Assembly (NCBI RefSeq): GCF_009914755.1
Contig: NC_060930.1
Strand: one strand, 5' to 3'
DNA from: the human T2T-CHM13v2.0 reference genome, Homo sapiens
Length of the DNA stretch: 64,000 nucleotides
A program made the translations under genes and the position numbers. Positions 1-13,400 of this stretch are shown here, one piece after another. The notes under the pieces were generated by a model. It did not search any database and was not told the origin of the DNA. It was given only the letters and a program-made list of their open reading frames with translations. Numbering within the stretch: the first letter of the stretch is position 1; each line of letters opens with the position of its first letter.

Positions 1-179
1 TTTTATAAGGGAAGTAAGTATGCCTGCCTCTTGCTCTAGAAGGAGTCTTCCAAGTGTGTTGACTATAGAAATACTCTGAAATAACTATTGGAACAAAGAG
101 GATGGCAGAAACACAAAGGACCTATGGGGAATGTATCTAATAGCCCATTGTCTGGACAATATTTTCCTACTGAAATCTT

Positions 180-605
180 TCCTCTTTCATGAAAAATTTC
201 AAGATCAATATATATGAAACAAATGTATGCATACATTCTTGGCTTTATATTATGTTCTATTGATCCATGTGTTATAACGAATCCAGGTTCACATCATTTC
301 ATCATTTTAATTAAAATCCCTTGTTTAAAACTTTATACGTGGTAATAGATGCCTATTACCCTTTTGTTTTTGTGAAAAACCAATTAGTTTTAGTTTTTTG
401 GGAAAATTTACTCTTCCAAATTTATTTTAGAATCTGTTAAGGTTTTTGAACAACACTCGTAGATATTTTGTTTGAATGACATTAAATATAGAAATTAATT
501 TGGAAAAAAATTATGTTTTTAGTGATGTGTCTTACCATCCACTGATATAGCATGCCTCTACATTTACTCAGGTCTTCCTTGAAAGCTCTGGAAATCTTTT
601 ATTCA
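180..605 (-). mobile_element. Ancient L1 (L1M-type) ORF2 fragment, heavily diverged
   Basis: Degenerate antisense L1 ORF2-like phrases (gttctattgatcc..., ttttagaatc..., gacattaaatatagaaattaatttgg, cttaccatccactgatatagcatgcctctacatttactcaggtctt). Boundaries approximate. Confidence 0.5.
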
Positions 606-684
606 CCATGTTATATGGTTTGGCTGTGTCCCCACTCAAAATCTCATATTGACTTATCCCCATAATCTCCACACGTTCAGGGCA

Positions 685-1048
685 TGTATTAGTCTGTTCT
701 CATGCCGCTAATAAAGACATACCCAAGACTGCATAATTTATAGGAAATTTATTATTTATAGGAAAGAATTTAATGGACTCCATTCCATATGGCTGAAGAG
801 GCCTCACAATCATGGCAGAAGGCAAAGGAGAAGCAAGGGAACATCCTACATGGTAGCAGGCAACTTGTGCAGGGGAACTCCCATTTATAAAATCATCAGA
901 CCTCATGCGATTTATTCACTACCACAAGAACAATATGGGGGAAACTGCCACCATGATTCAATTATCTCCACCTGGCCCTGCCCTTGACATGTGGGAATTA
1001 TTACAATTCAAGGTGAGATTTGTGTGGGAACAGAGCCAAACCATATCA
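685..1048 (-). mobile_element. THE1 solo LTR (THE1C-like) inserted antisense into the 5' LTR of the host THE1
   Basis: Runs from tgtattagtc to gccaaaccatatca, the reverse complement of a complete 364-bp THE1 LTR. The 5-bp TSD is gggca (680-684) / cggca (1049-1053), and the host LTR resumes colinearly afterwards. Confidence 0.93.
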
Positions 1049-1642
1049 CGGCAGCAGCAGGTGGAGGTAATTGGACCATGGAGGTGGTTTCCCCCATGCT
1101 GTTCTCATGACAGTGAGTGACTTCTCATGAGATCTGACGATTTTATAAGCCTCTGGCACTGCCCCTGCTTGCACTCACTCTGTCCTGCCATCCTGGGTAT
1201 AAGGTGCCTGTTTCTCCTTTGCTTTCCACCACGATTCTAAGTTTCCTGAAGCCTCCTCAGCAATGCGGAACAGTGAGTCAATTAAACCCCTTTTCTTTAT
1301 AAATTACCCAGTCTCAGGTATTTCTTCATAGTGTGAGAATGGACTAATACAGTAAGTTGGTACCAAGGCAGTGGGGCACTGCTATAAGGATACCCGAAAA
1401 TATGGAAACAGCTTTGGAACTGGGTAACTTGAAGAGGCTGGAACAGTTTGGAGGGCTCAAAAGAAGACAGAAAAATATGGGAAAGTTTGGAACTTCCCAG
1501 AGACTTGTTATATGGCTTTGACCATAACGCTGATAGTGATATGGACAATGAAGTCCAGGCTGAGGTGGTCTCAGATGGAGATAAGGAACTTGTTGGGAAC
1601 TAAAGTAAAGGTGACCCTTGCTATGTTTTAGCAAAGAGACTG

Positions 1643-2660
1643 GTGGCATTTTGCCCCTGCCCTAGAGATCTGTGGAACTTTGAACTTGAGAGAGATGATT
1701 TAGGGTATCTGGCAGAAATTTCTAAGCAGCAAAGCATTCAAGAAAAAGCAAAGTATAAAGGTTTGGAAAATTTGCAGCCTGATGATGTGACAGAAAAGGA
1801 AAACCCATTTCCTGGAAAGAAATTCAAGCCAGCTGCAGAAATTTGCATAAATAACAAGGAGCCAAATGTTAATCACCAAGACAATGGGGAAAATATCTCC
1901 AGGGCATGTCAGAGACCTTCATTACAGCCCCTCCCATCACAGGCCCAGAGACCTAGGAGGGAAAAATCATTTCGTGGATTGGGCCAATGGTCCCCTTGCT
2001 CTGTGCAGCCTCAGGGCATGGTGCCCTACATCCCAGCTGCTTCAGTTCCAGCTATGGCTAAAAGAGGCCCAACGTACAGCTGGGACCACTGCTTCAGAGG
2101 GTGCAAGCTCCAAGCCTTGGCAGCTTACATGTGGTGTTGGGCATGTAGGTGCACAGAAGGCAAGAATTGAGATTTGGGAACCTCTGCCTGGATTTCAGAG
2201 GATGAATGGAAATGCCTGGATTGTTCAGGCAGAAGTCTGCTGCAGGGGTGGATCCCTCAAGGAGAGCATCTGTTAGGGCAGTGCAAAAGGAAAATGTGTG
2301 TTGTGAGCCCCCACACACAGTCTTCACTGGGGCATTGCCTAGTGGAGCTGTGAGAAGAGGGCCACTGTCCTCCAGACCCCAGGTAGATCCACCAACACTT
2401 GCACCGTGCGCCTGGAAAAGCCACAGGCACTCAATGCCTGCCTGTGAATGCAGCTGGTAGTGCGGCTGTATCATGCAAAGCCAGAGAGGTGGAGGTACCC
2501 ACGGCCATGGGAGCCCCCCTCTTGCATCAGTGTGCCTTGAATGTGAGACATGGAGTCAAAGGAGATTATTTTGGAACTTTAAGATTTAATGACCGCCCTA
2601 TTGGATTTTGGACTTGCACGGGGCCTATAGTCTCTTTGTTTTGGCCAATTTCTCCTATTT
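1643..2660 (+). pseudogene. Frameshifted remnant of the THE1/MaLR internal ORF
   Basis: Overlapping ORF fragments carry typical MaLR-int peptide (FCPCPRDLWNFELERDDLGYLAEISKQQSIQE; ASEGASSKPWQL; TGALPSGAVRRGP). Confidence 0.75.
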
Positions 2661-3394
2661 GAAATGAGTGTATTTACCCAATGCCTGTACCTCCATTGTA
2701 TCCAGGAAGTAATTAATTTGCTTTTGACTTTATAGGCCATAGGCAGAAGGGACTTGCCTTGTCTCAGATGAGACTGGACCTGGACTGTTGGGTTAATGCT
2801 GGAATAAGTTAAGATTTTGGTGGACTGTTGGAAGGGCATGATTGTGTTTTGACATGTGAGACCATGAGATTTGGGAGGGGTCAGTGGCAGAATGATATGG
2901 TTTTGCTGTGCCCCCACCCAAAATCTCATCTTGAATTATAATTCTCATAATCCTCATGTGTCAAAGGTGGGACAGGTAGAGGTAATTGGATCATGGGAGT
3001 GGTTTTCCCTATGTTGTTCTCATGATAGTGAGAGAGTCTCACAAGATCCAATGGTTTTATAAGCCTCTGGCATTTCCCCTGGTTGCACTCATGCCATCCT
3101 AACACCTTGTGAAAAGGCGTCTGCTTCTCCTTTGCATTCCACCATGATTGTAAGTTTTCTGAGGCCTCCCCAGCAATGTGGATCTGTGAGTCAGTTAAAC
3201 CTCTTTTCTTTGTAAATCACCCAGTCTTAAGTATTTCTTCACAGCAATGTGAGAACAGACTAATACATCATGTTAATTTGTAAATTGTATTTACTATAGT
3301 TAGCTTTATTTCTTTTTTTATATTTCTTTTTATTATATTTATCATGCCCTTTTTTCCTACATTATTTCATTCTTGTTTGTAATTTATTTATTCT

Positions 3395-3700
<306 letters not shown>

Positions 3701-3943
3701 TTATTCTGGGTTTTTTTTTGCATTGCTTTTCTTGTAATAGTTTGCATATTAAATGTATTTTTCAAGCTATGTCTGGAAATAATCATGTCTATTAGCCCCT
3801 TCACAAATAAGACTTTAACCTCAGCATAGTTTAACTATTCCAACCACTCTTGCCATCTTCCTCATAAATACTATTTAGAATTTCAGTTCCAATATTTTAT
3901 TTTCAGACAATACTAATTTTTGCTAATTTAAATGCTCATCATT

Positions 3944-4338
3944 TGATATTGTCTGTATGTCCAAGTCTCACATCAAAACATGATTCCTACTGTTGGAGAT
4001 GGAGCCTAGTGGGAGGTATTGGATCATGGGGGCAGATCCCTCATGAATGGCTTGATGTCCTTCCCATGGTAATGAGTGCATTCTTGACTAGTTGGTTCAC
4101 ATGAGATCTAGTTGTTTAAAAGAGTCTGAGACCTCCTCCTCTCTCTCTTGCTATGTGATATACCTACTGTCCTTTCCCCTTCCACCACTACTGGAAGCTT
4201 CCTCAGGCCCTCATCAGAAGCAGATGTTGGTGCTATGCTTTTTGTACAGTCTGCAGAACGATGAGCCGAATAAACCTCTTTTCTTTCAAATTACCTGTCT
4301 CAGATATTCCTTTATAGCAATGCAAATGGACTAATATA
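3944..4338 (+). mobile_element. MST-family MaLR solo LTR (MSTB/MSTD-like)
   Basis: Starts tgatatt. Contains gggaggtattggatcatgggggcagatccctcatgaatggcttg and aataaacctctttt, and ends gcaatgcaaatggactaatata. Confidence 0.88.
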
Positions 4339-4399
4339 CTATCTTTGTGATATATTGCTACTTTCTCCATGATTCACTTTTTCTTTATAATGGATTGTA

Positions 4400-5720
<1,321 letters not shown>

Positions 5721-6342
5721 TCTCTTTCATGATGCCGGCATGATGCAAATTTATGTCCAGTTCACTCTGATCTTAACCATGTAATATATTACCTACCATA
5801 CTGGTAGCTCACTCTGCTGCACACCTGGCTTGTTGTAAGGAAGAAATCAGCTGCAAAGGTTGATTCTTTCTTTATTGAGACTAATGCATATCTAGTACAC
5901 TGGCAGCTGATCTTCTAGCACTACTCACTTTCTTTGCCACTGCAGGCCACCTAGAGTATCCCCTTACCTTGTTGTATCAGGGAAATCTACTGCTTTAACC
6001 AGAACCATCCTTTCACAGTTTCTGACCAAAGGAACTGGAGTGATGTACAGATGATCTGCCTGGCAGATCCTGCTTAATTGCCTCAATCAGCTACATTCTT
6101 GCAAGTTGCTGTTATCATACTGAACTTCCATGGCACTGCTTCTGTGAAAAACAAACTAAAAGATAACTCTTCTCTAAGCAACCTCATGTGTCTCAGTAGG
6201 CTAGTTCTCTCTTCCATCTGATCTTGATTGCTTCTATCACAGATTCTCGACATAGTTTCTCATATTTGAAACTCCCTATTATTGGTTTTAGTGCTGAAGA
6301 AGAATAATGCAGAATACATTTTATCTTTATTCTTGAAACTAT

Positions 6343-6500
6343 ATTGGGCAAGTAACTTACTATCCAGTGATTCATTTTTCTTTAAAATTGGAATAATATT
6401 AGTACTTAGTACCAATAAGGTAGTTGTCAATTGCATGAGTGAATACTGACAGAAGGGTTTATAACATAACTTGACACACAGTAACCACACAATAACTGTT
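6343..6500 (+). mobile_element. MIR SINE fragment (core)
   Basis: Contains ttgggcaagtaactta...tttaaaattggaataatattagtactt...gtagttgt...acacagtaa, resembling the MIR core and 3' end. Confidence 0.7.
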
Positions 6501-7037
6501 TGTGATGATGATGGTGATAATAATCTTTTAGTAAAGAGAGGATTGTGAGTAAAAAATTGAAAAATAAGAAAATAGTTTCCAAAACTCTGTGTGAAACTAA
6601 ATTATTTGGGGGTGCTTCAATTTACTTTGTATTTTGTATTTTTTTAAATTTTATGTAACATTTGGAATTAGTTTTATAATTAGGGAAAATAAAAAGTTAT
6701 AGGAAAAAATTAAAATTTATTCAATTAAGTTACATTTACTTTTTGAGTTAAAAAACCTTTTACACTCATTTGCAACTTTTTTCTCCTAATGTGCTATGTT
6801 ATGTACATGATTTCATAAATGTAGTAATTTTTAAAATGAAGACATTTTCACCAATACCAATGCCATGATAGAATAACAGTAATAACTCTTAAATAATAAT
6901 TAGGCTTCTTATGCACGTTCAGGAACTCAGCTTAGCCATGATCTACTCCAAATGTTGCTCATTTGGAGTCCCCTCCATCATTTCCTTTAACAGATAATGA
7001 CTTAAACACCTAAATCTATGACTTTCACCCCCACCAA

Positions 7038-7150
7038 ACCCTAAGCTATTGAGGACAGGAAGCGTCTTATCCACACTGGTACCCCAGTTTCTGGCACAAG
7101 TATGCCAAAACTGTTCTTTAAAATATATATGTACTAAATGAATTGAATTT
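7038..7150 (+). mobile_element. L2 3'-end fragment
   Basis: Contains taagctattgaggacagga...gtaccccagtttctggcaca...aaatgaattgaa. Confidence 0.55.
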
Positions 7151-8317
7151 ATTAAAGTAGAAGATAACAATTCAATATTAATAAAAATGTAGGATGCCTG
7201 ACATGTAGTTTTACCTTTATTTGGGTCTAAAACTAATCATGGTAATAAACATATGATCCCCATTCATGAGAAAATAAATGGCCTCTCACACCACTCCCTC
7301 TACTATTATACAATTTATAGTTATTGTATGTATTAACTATTATAAACATTTCATATAAAGAACTTGCTCTCATACTAATCTTTGCCAGAAGATAATAGAA
7401 CATTGTTAAATAAAATACTTGAAAATGAAAAGAAAACATCAAAATAATAAATAATATTGTAATTTCTTAAAAATGCATAAACTAACTGGAATAAATGTAA
7501 AGCTATTTGGGATATGAAATTAATTAATCAATTTTATAAGCTAACATTCCTTCTTCTGTGGCATCAGCTTCATTTCACAGCTATTTATTAACACTTGAGT
7601 GATTCGTAAAATATATATGGCCAAGCCTTGATTTCCTTTATATAATCTGGAGCTAGTTTCAAAGTAAACAGGATAAAAATATTTCCAATAAGGCATTTGA
7701 GGGAAATATGGTTTTTCAATCAACACAGAGAGAACAGGTGGGAAAATTGGCAAAGGAGTATGGTATAATTGGCTTATTTTAATAGCGTGAATCCCAGGTA
7801 TCCAGATTTAGGCCCAGAAAGTATATTTCTGAAGACTAATTGGCATAGAACCATTTTAATGACATTTTAAAAATTCTGCTGTTACCTGCCCATACTCATG
7901 AAATCTGATTTATATTTTCCATTTGTTGAATTTAATGTGTTTATCTCTGATGAAGAAAAGTAAAAACTATTTCCTATTAAGAGGAAAATCTTGAAGACCA
8001 CATGTATACATATAATCTAATATTATTAAATTAAGTGGAATGTTAGAATCTGTTTAATCGTGGACATCAATAAGTGTAATTATCTCCTGCATATGTCCTG
8101 GGCAAATGGCCAATCCTTTGTTTAAAGAGTTCAAGATTTCAAGCCTTGCTTTCAACCAAAAGCAATCTAATCAATTGTTGAATATTTTGAACTGTTAAAA
8201 TACTTTTTATTTTATTAAGCCAAAGTTGTGTTCTCATACATTTCATCAACTGGCCTCAATTCTTCTCTAGGAAACTCTGAGTCTACTTCTACTTCCACAT
8301 TAAAGCTCCTCTTTAAA

Positions 8318-8387
8318 ATATACATATACCCCCCACCCCACACACACACACAGAGGCACACACACACACATGAGATATATATATATG
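8318..8387. repeat. Imperfect (CA)n/(TA)n microsatellite
   Basis: The sequence cacacacacacagaggcacacacacacacatgagatatatatatat is directly visible. Confidence 0.8.
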
Positions 8388-8855
8388 AAATATCCTTTTT
8401 GTGCTCTCTCCTCAAACCGTTACTTTTAAAGTGTGATTTCTAAACACTTAATAAACCTGGCTCACCCTCATATGTTTTGTATATACACACACAGATTCTC
8501 ACAGAATTTATCACTAGCTTGGATGAAATGTAAACCTCTTCAAAACTATAATTTTTACAGCAGATAAAAAACAAAAGATTTTTTTACTTATCTAAGCTTA
8601 TGCAGAATGAGTTTTTCACTATAATTTAAAATATTCCATACAAAGGACTTTGCAGTTTTCAAATTTGTGTCTTTAGTAACTTGATTTCTTAATATATGGC
8701 AAATTAAAGTAGCTAAACTTGGCTGTAACCTGGGGCTTACAATGTGTCATTTTTGTAGAATCTCAGAGTATATGTGGTAAATTAAATTATTTCTCTATAT
8801 TTTTTCTTTGTTTTACTTCTGGTAAAACTGAAAAAAATTAAAATTGAATTTTGAT

Positions 8856-9156
8856 TTTTGTTTTTGAAACATGGTCACACTCTGTTGCCTAGGCTGTGGT
8901 GGAGTGGCACAATCATTGCTCCCTGCAGCCTCAAACTCCTGGGCACAAGTGATTCTCATCCTATCTCAGCCTCCAGAGTAGCTGGGACTGCAGGCATGCA
9001 CCACCACAACCAGCTAATTTCTTTTTTAAAAATTTTATACAGATGAGATCTTGCTATGTTGCCCAAGCTTGTCTTGAACTCCAACCTGGTCTTTCTCGTC
9101 CTCCCTCGGTCTTCCAAATTGTTGAGATTTACAGGTATGAGCCACCACACAAGGCC
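8856..9156 (-). mobile_element. Alu (AluJo/Jr-like), diverged
   Basis: Antisense Alu dimer ending gccaccacacaaggcc, with approximate TSD gaattttgattttt (8846-8859) / gaattttggttatt (9157-9170). Confidence 0.9.
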
Positions 9157-9869
9157 GAATTTTGGTTATTTCTAAGCTAGATTCTTATGTGTGAAACATA
9201 TTAACTGTAAACCCAAGGGTTTTAAAATCACCAGCAATTCTCCCACATTTACTATAACAAATTCTTTCTAGCCATTGTGAATAATTAAAGTTAGTTATCA
9301 AGGGCTTCTGTCCTTGCAAATGTTTTCTCCTCACTCTTTTTTTAACAGGCACCTAATTTTCATATGATCTCTTTTCTCATCCCCCCCCACAAAAAAAAAT
9401 AAAAAACAAACCTAAAAACCTAGTCTCAACACACAACACTATACAGTTTATATTTATATACATGTTGACAAAGTTTCACCATGCTCTTATGATTACCAGG
9501 TGATTTATATTCACATTAAATATTAAAAAGCACTGCTTCAGATTTCTTTCCCAACGATTACTTTTCTCTCTATAGTCTCTATTCTCTTCCTTAGTAGTAC
9601 TTTTCAGTAAAAAGGACGAGATTTCTTTTACTTAGCTGAAAAATCTTTCCTATTACCCTAATAACCTTCATATTGAAGCTCTCTGCCTTTTTCCCACCAG
9701 GTGTTTTGATAGAGTCGAGTTGCTCTATACAGGACACAACCTTTGACCAGGCTTCAACCTGGCTTCAATTCTTGATCGATTTAGTGCTTCCTACCCCAAT
9801 ATCCAAGTTTATGTAAAATTTCATGCAATTTTGTAGGCCTTGACATATTCCTTTTACTCTACTTATTCT

Positions 9870-10310
9870 ACTTAGCAGACAAGGCTGGTTGCTCACCTAA
9901 CATCTCTGTTTCTTTTTTTCCTTGAGCTCAGAAACCTGGTGTTATAAAGAAATCCTTTTCCCAAAATGTAGCCAAAGGTGATCCCATACTCAAATCTGGC
10001 AGTAGACCTTGATTAACCTATACTCATTGTGCTAATTCTATTCTGCTTCTTCTAGAAACAATGGGTATATACCTCAATTCTGGAAAAAGAGAAATGTGTG
10101 GATTCAAAAAACATTTTATTCACTCACTGTAAAATGCATTTCCATTCCTAGATATTGATGTTCTGTGACACTAAACATGAAACTACGATAATCATATTGG
10201 AACCAAAGGAAGAGTCAGACTCTCAAAAATATAGTCAAGAGAGTGAAGATGAAGAGAGAGATGAAACAATCTGGGCCTTGATGCCAAAACTGATATACTT
10301 TACCTTGTCG
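9870..10310 (+). mobile_element. Possible old MLT1-type MaLR LTR remnant
   Basis: tagcagacaaggctggttgctcacctaacatc...cagaaacc and later tctgggccttgatg resemble MLT1J/K-like LTR text. Weak evidence. Confidence 0.35.
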
Positions 10311-10379
10311 TTGAGAATTGTAACAAGATTTTTACATTTTATAGGGCCTTCCCTTACCTTGTCATATACTATAGTTTTC

Positions 10380-10485
10380 TGTCCTTTATTAGATTATAAG
10401 GTATTTGTGGGTCTTTTTTTTTTACCTCTTAGTATATGTCATAGTGTCTTACACATAGTAGATTTTTAGTACATGCTTGTTGACA
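10380..10485 (+). mobile_element. L2 3'-end fragment
   Basis: Contains attagattataagg...catagtgtcttacacatagtagatttttagtacatgcttgttga. Confidence 0.6.
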
Positions 10486-13400
10486 AAATAAGAGTCTTAA
10501 TCTACTTCTGAGTGTAACTTTGCAATACATATAAACTTTTATAAGTTCCTCCTAATTTTAAAATGTAGATGTTTAAACACTGAATAGCATGATGAACTAT
10601 ACCTTGAATTATAGCTCTACTTTGAATGCATTAATTACCCAATTCCAATACTGAGGACAAAATTAGCTTATGTATAGTCCTTTAACAGTGAACGATAACA
10701 AAGAAGACATAAAGGTGTTATATTTCAGAGGAAAAGGAGAGCTGCCTAAATAGACAGGGTAATTCCCATGATGGAAAATATCAAATTTGTAAGTTAATTA
10801 TATTTACTGCACGGAAAACATGTAACATTTCATAATTCATTTCCATTTTTCCTCTTCTATGACTAGCTCATGATTATGGATATAACACCAAATCATAAAA
10901 TCATACATCTAAGAAAGGATGATGAATTTTTTTTTCTTTACCATTGGCTAATTTCATTAAACTATGCAGAGGTATACGCATATTTGAGATAACATACTCT
11001 GCAAGCCCCAGTGCTTCAGAAGCATCCATTTTTGGGTTCAGATCTAATTACATAATTATTAAATTTAAAGCTGGGTTTAGAAACACTGTTAAATAACAAT
11101 ATCTACATTTTTCTAAAACATTGCTTTTAGTTCTCAGGAATGAAAGTCACTGATTAAAATCTCTTCATGCACATTTATTTCCCAGTAAGCCATAGGAGGA
11201 TTTGGTTTAATGCAAGAAGAGCTGGGTATTTTTTATTTTTTTAATTGTTGTTAAGCCTCTCAATGTCTGGGGCCACCTATTAGCCAATCCTAATTAGAAG
11301 CAGTGCCTGATTAAACTGCTCTCTGTAGAACCATTTGAACAACTTCATTAGTGCTTCAGTTTATGCTCATAGAGCAAACCACTTTGCTGAAAGTCTTGAC
11401 AGCTTAGAAAGAGCCTATTTGGGCACATAGGACATGGGACTCAAAATTGTGCACAGTTGTAAAGTTTTGATTGTGTGAATTATACATGAGGGATGACCAG
11501 CAATTTTTGTTTTGAGAATGTTAGCCAATCAGCACAGGTGCAGGAGAAAAAGTCAACTGGGAGAGAGAGAAATCATAATATCTCAGGAAAACAATTTTTG
11601 GGCTCTGCCAACTCAACACATGACATTATAAATCTTGGGTGCATGCATTATACTGCTTGAAATTTCTCAGGTAGACTCAGAATTGAAATAAATAAACAAG
11701 GGGGGAGTGGTAAGAAAGGGGAAAGAAAACCACAAAGCTCTGCTTGCAAATTATTGCATACACAAGGGACTGTGACAGAGGAGCCTCTGAAAACTTGCCA
11801 TGTCACTTTGCTGAGGACAAGTAACTTTGCATCAGTTATCTCTCTGTTCTGTCATCTGTTCATTTTATTAAAGCAAAGGGGTTTTTTAATTTCTACTTTC
11901 AGTGTAAGTCAAAAATTTCAAATCTTTAGGAGAGAAAGAAGTAATAATATTTATACATGATTAAGACAGTTATAGATTATTATTTTTATGGCAAATAAAA
12001 GGAAAATCTTTGGCTAGTATTATAAACCACTGCTACTTGCATTTAGATTTTTAAATAAAAATTTAATAAGGCCAACAAATTAATTTTGATAAAATATATA
12101 GTGCAGATTTTAAGGAAAAGACTCACAACAAAAATAAATTTTTCTTCTTTCTGGTCTTCTATTCTTTGTTTACTTAAGGATAGGAAAAACGCTGTTTCCC
12201 CTTCCACCATTTTATTATTTAATAGTAGCTTTGATATCAATTCCTATCACCTTCTGGGTTAAAAAACAAATTACATGAGATTAAGAAAATTGAGATCTAC
12301 TTTAAAAAACATAACCACTCTCCTACCAATGTGGGAAGTAATTCAGTTATTCATGAAGAAAAATGTTCCAGTTCACCATTAAACAAATATGCAATGCTGC
12401 CGGCTTAAGGGCAAGAGGAAGCAGGAGGCCAGAAAGGGGAAATTGTATATTTGTCAGGACTGACAGTTTGCTTTATAGTGGACCCACCTCCCCTTTAAGT
12501 AATTCCCATTCAGTTTATGGTAGATTGTTATACAATGAGGTCAGGCACAGCAAATCAATTCTGATATGATTGCATTTTAGCCATAGTCATATTTCTCTTG
12601 GAAATCTTGTCAGAATCAGCTATTCACTTTATAAGAACATTGATTTCCCTACCCTCACTCTCTTATTCTATTTCATCTTCTATTCAGCAGAGCTTCTCCT
12701 TTAAGGAAAATCATGTAGGTCCCAAACAACCTCCCCAAAGAGTGACTACAACCACATAACCACTGTAGTTAATCCTTCTCATTAAGTAAAAACACAGATA
12801 AAATTCCACTTCAACAAACAATATTTAAAAAGTTTCCAAGAAAGTTCTATATGCCAGTAGATGTGCCATGATAACAATATTTTGCTTTCATCTATATAAT
12901 ATCTTTGTCATAAACAATATTAACAGTTAAAATGGTTTAACATTGTTTCCTAAGTCCTGTTCTCATTTCAACCAGCACAGCACTTTTTAGATAATACCTA
13001 ATGGTGGACCACTTCCTAACAAAGAAGAAACAAATGAAGAGCCTTAGGCTAAGGCAGTCTTTGTCAATGCAGAGCATTGGCATTAGAATGTCTGTATTGC
13101 CAATGCCTTCCTCCAATTTCTCTCACTGGATTAAACTGTTTGCCTGTTTTCACCTTTGCTACCTCTAACTCTATTGATGTATTGTTTCTGGAATACTAAC
13201 CTCTGTTGAGTCTCCACTCTATACCTACCATGACTCTTATACTTCTACTTGTTTCTAACCTCCATATTTTCAAACAGTCAAGAAACCTCAAGAACAGAGA
13301 TCGAATTAAACATACTTCTCCTAGGATCCATTTCTGCCAGGGTCTTCTTTTATCTATTTCTTTTCTATGTAATCCCCAGTCTCAATCTTCTCAATTTCCT

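Larger units (their letters stand above)
611..3267 (+). mobile_element. Full-length THE1 (ERVL-MaLR, THE1C/D-like) provirus: 5' LTR 611-1351 (interrupted), internal 1352-2892, 3' LTR 2893-3267
   Basis: LTR starts t(t/g)atatggttt(g/t)gctgtg at 611 and 2893. LTR ends ...ctaataca at 1351 and 3267. The internal region begins gtaagttggtacca, and a polypurine tract gggaggggtcagtggcagaa precedes the 3' LTR. The 5-bp TSD is ccatg (606-610) / tcatg (3268-3272). Confidence 0.95.

Noticed and set aside
1297-2929. Cluster of 80-175 aa ORFs on both strands
   Set aside because: All lie within the THE1 internal region. They are frameshifted MaLR ORF pieces or antisense shadows, not a host gene.
9683-9720. 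Splice-acceptor-like ctgcctttttcccaccag|gt
   Set aside because: No convincing paired donor or open frame. Such sites are common by chance.
10155-10469. 104-aa ORF with an acidic patch
   Set aside because: Spans LTR-like and L2 relics, has a non-ATG start, and shows no domain similarity that I recognise.
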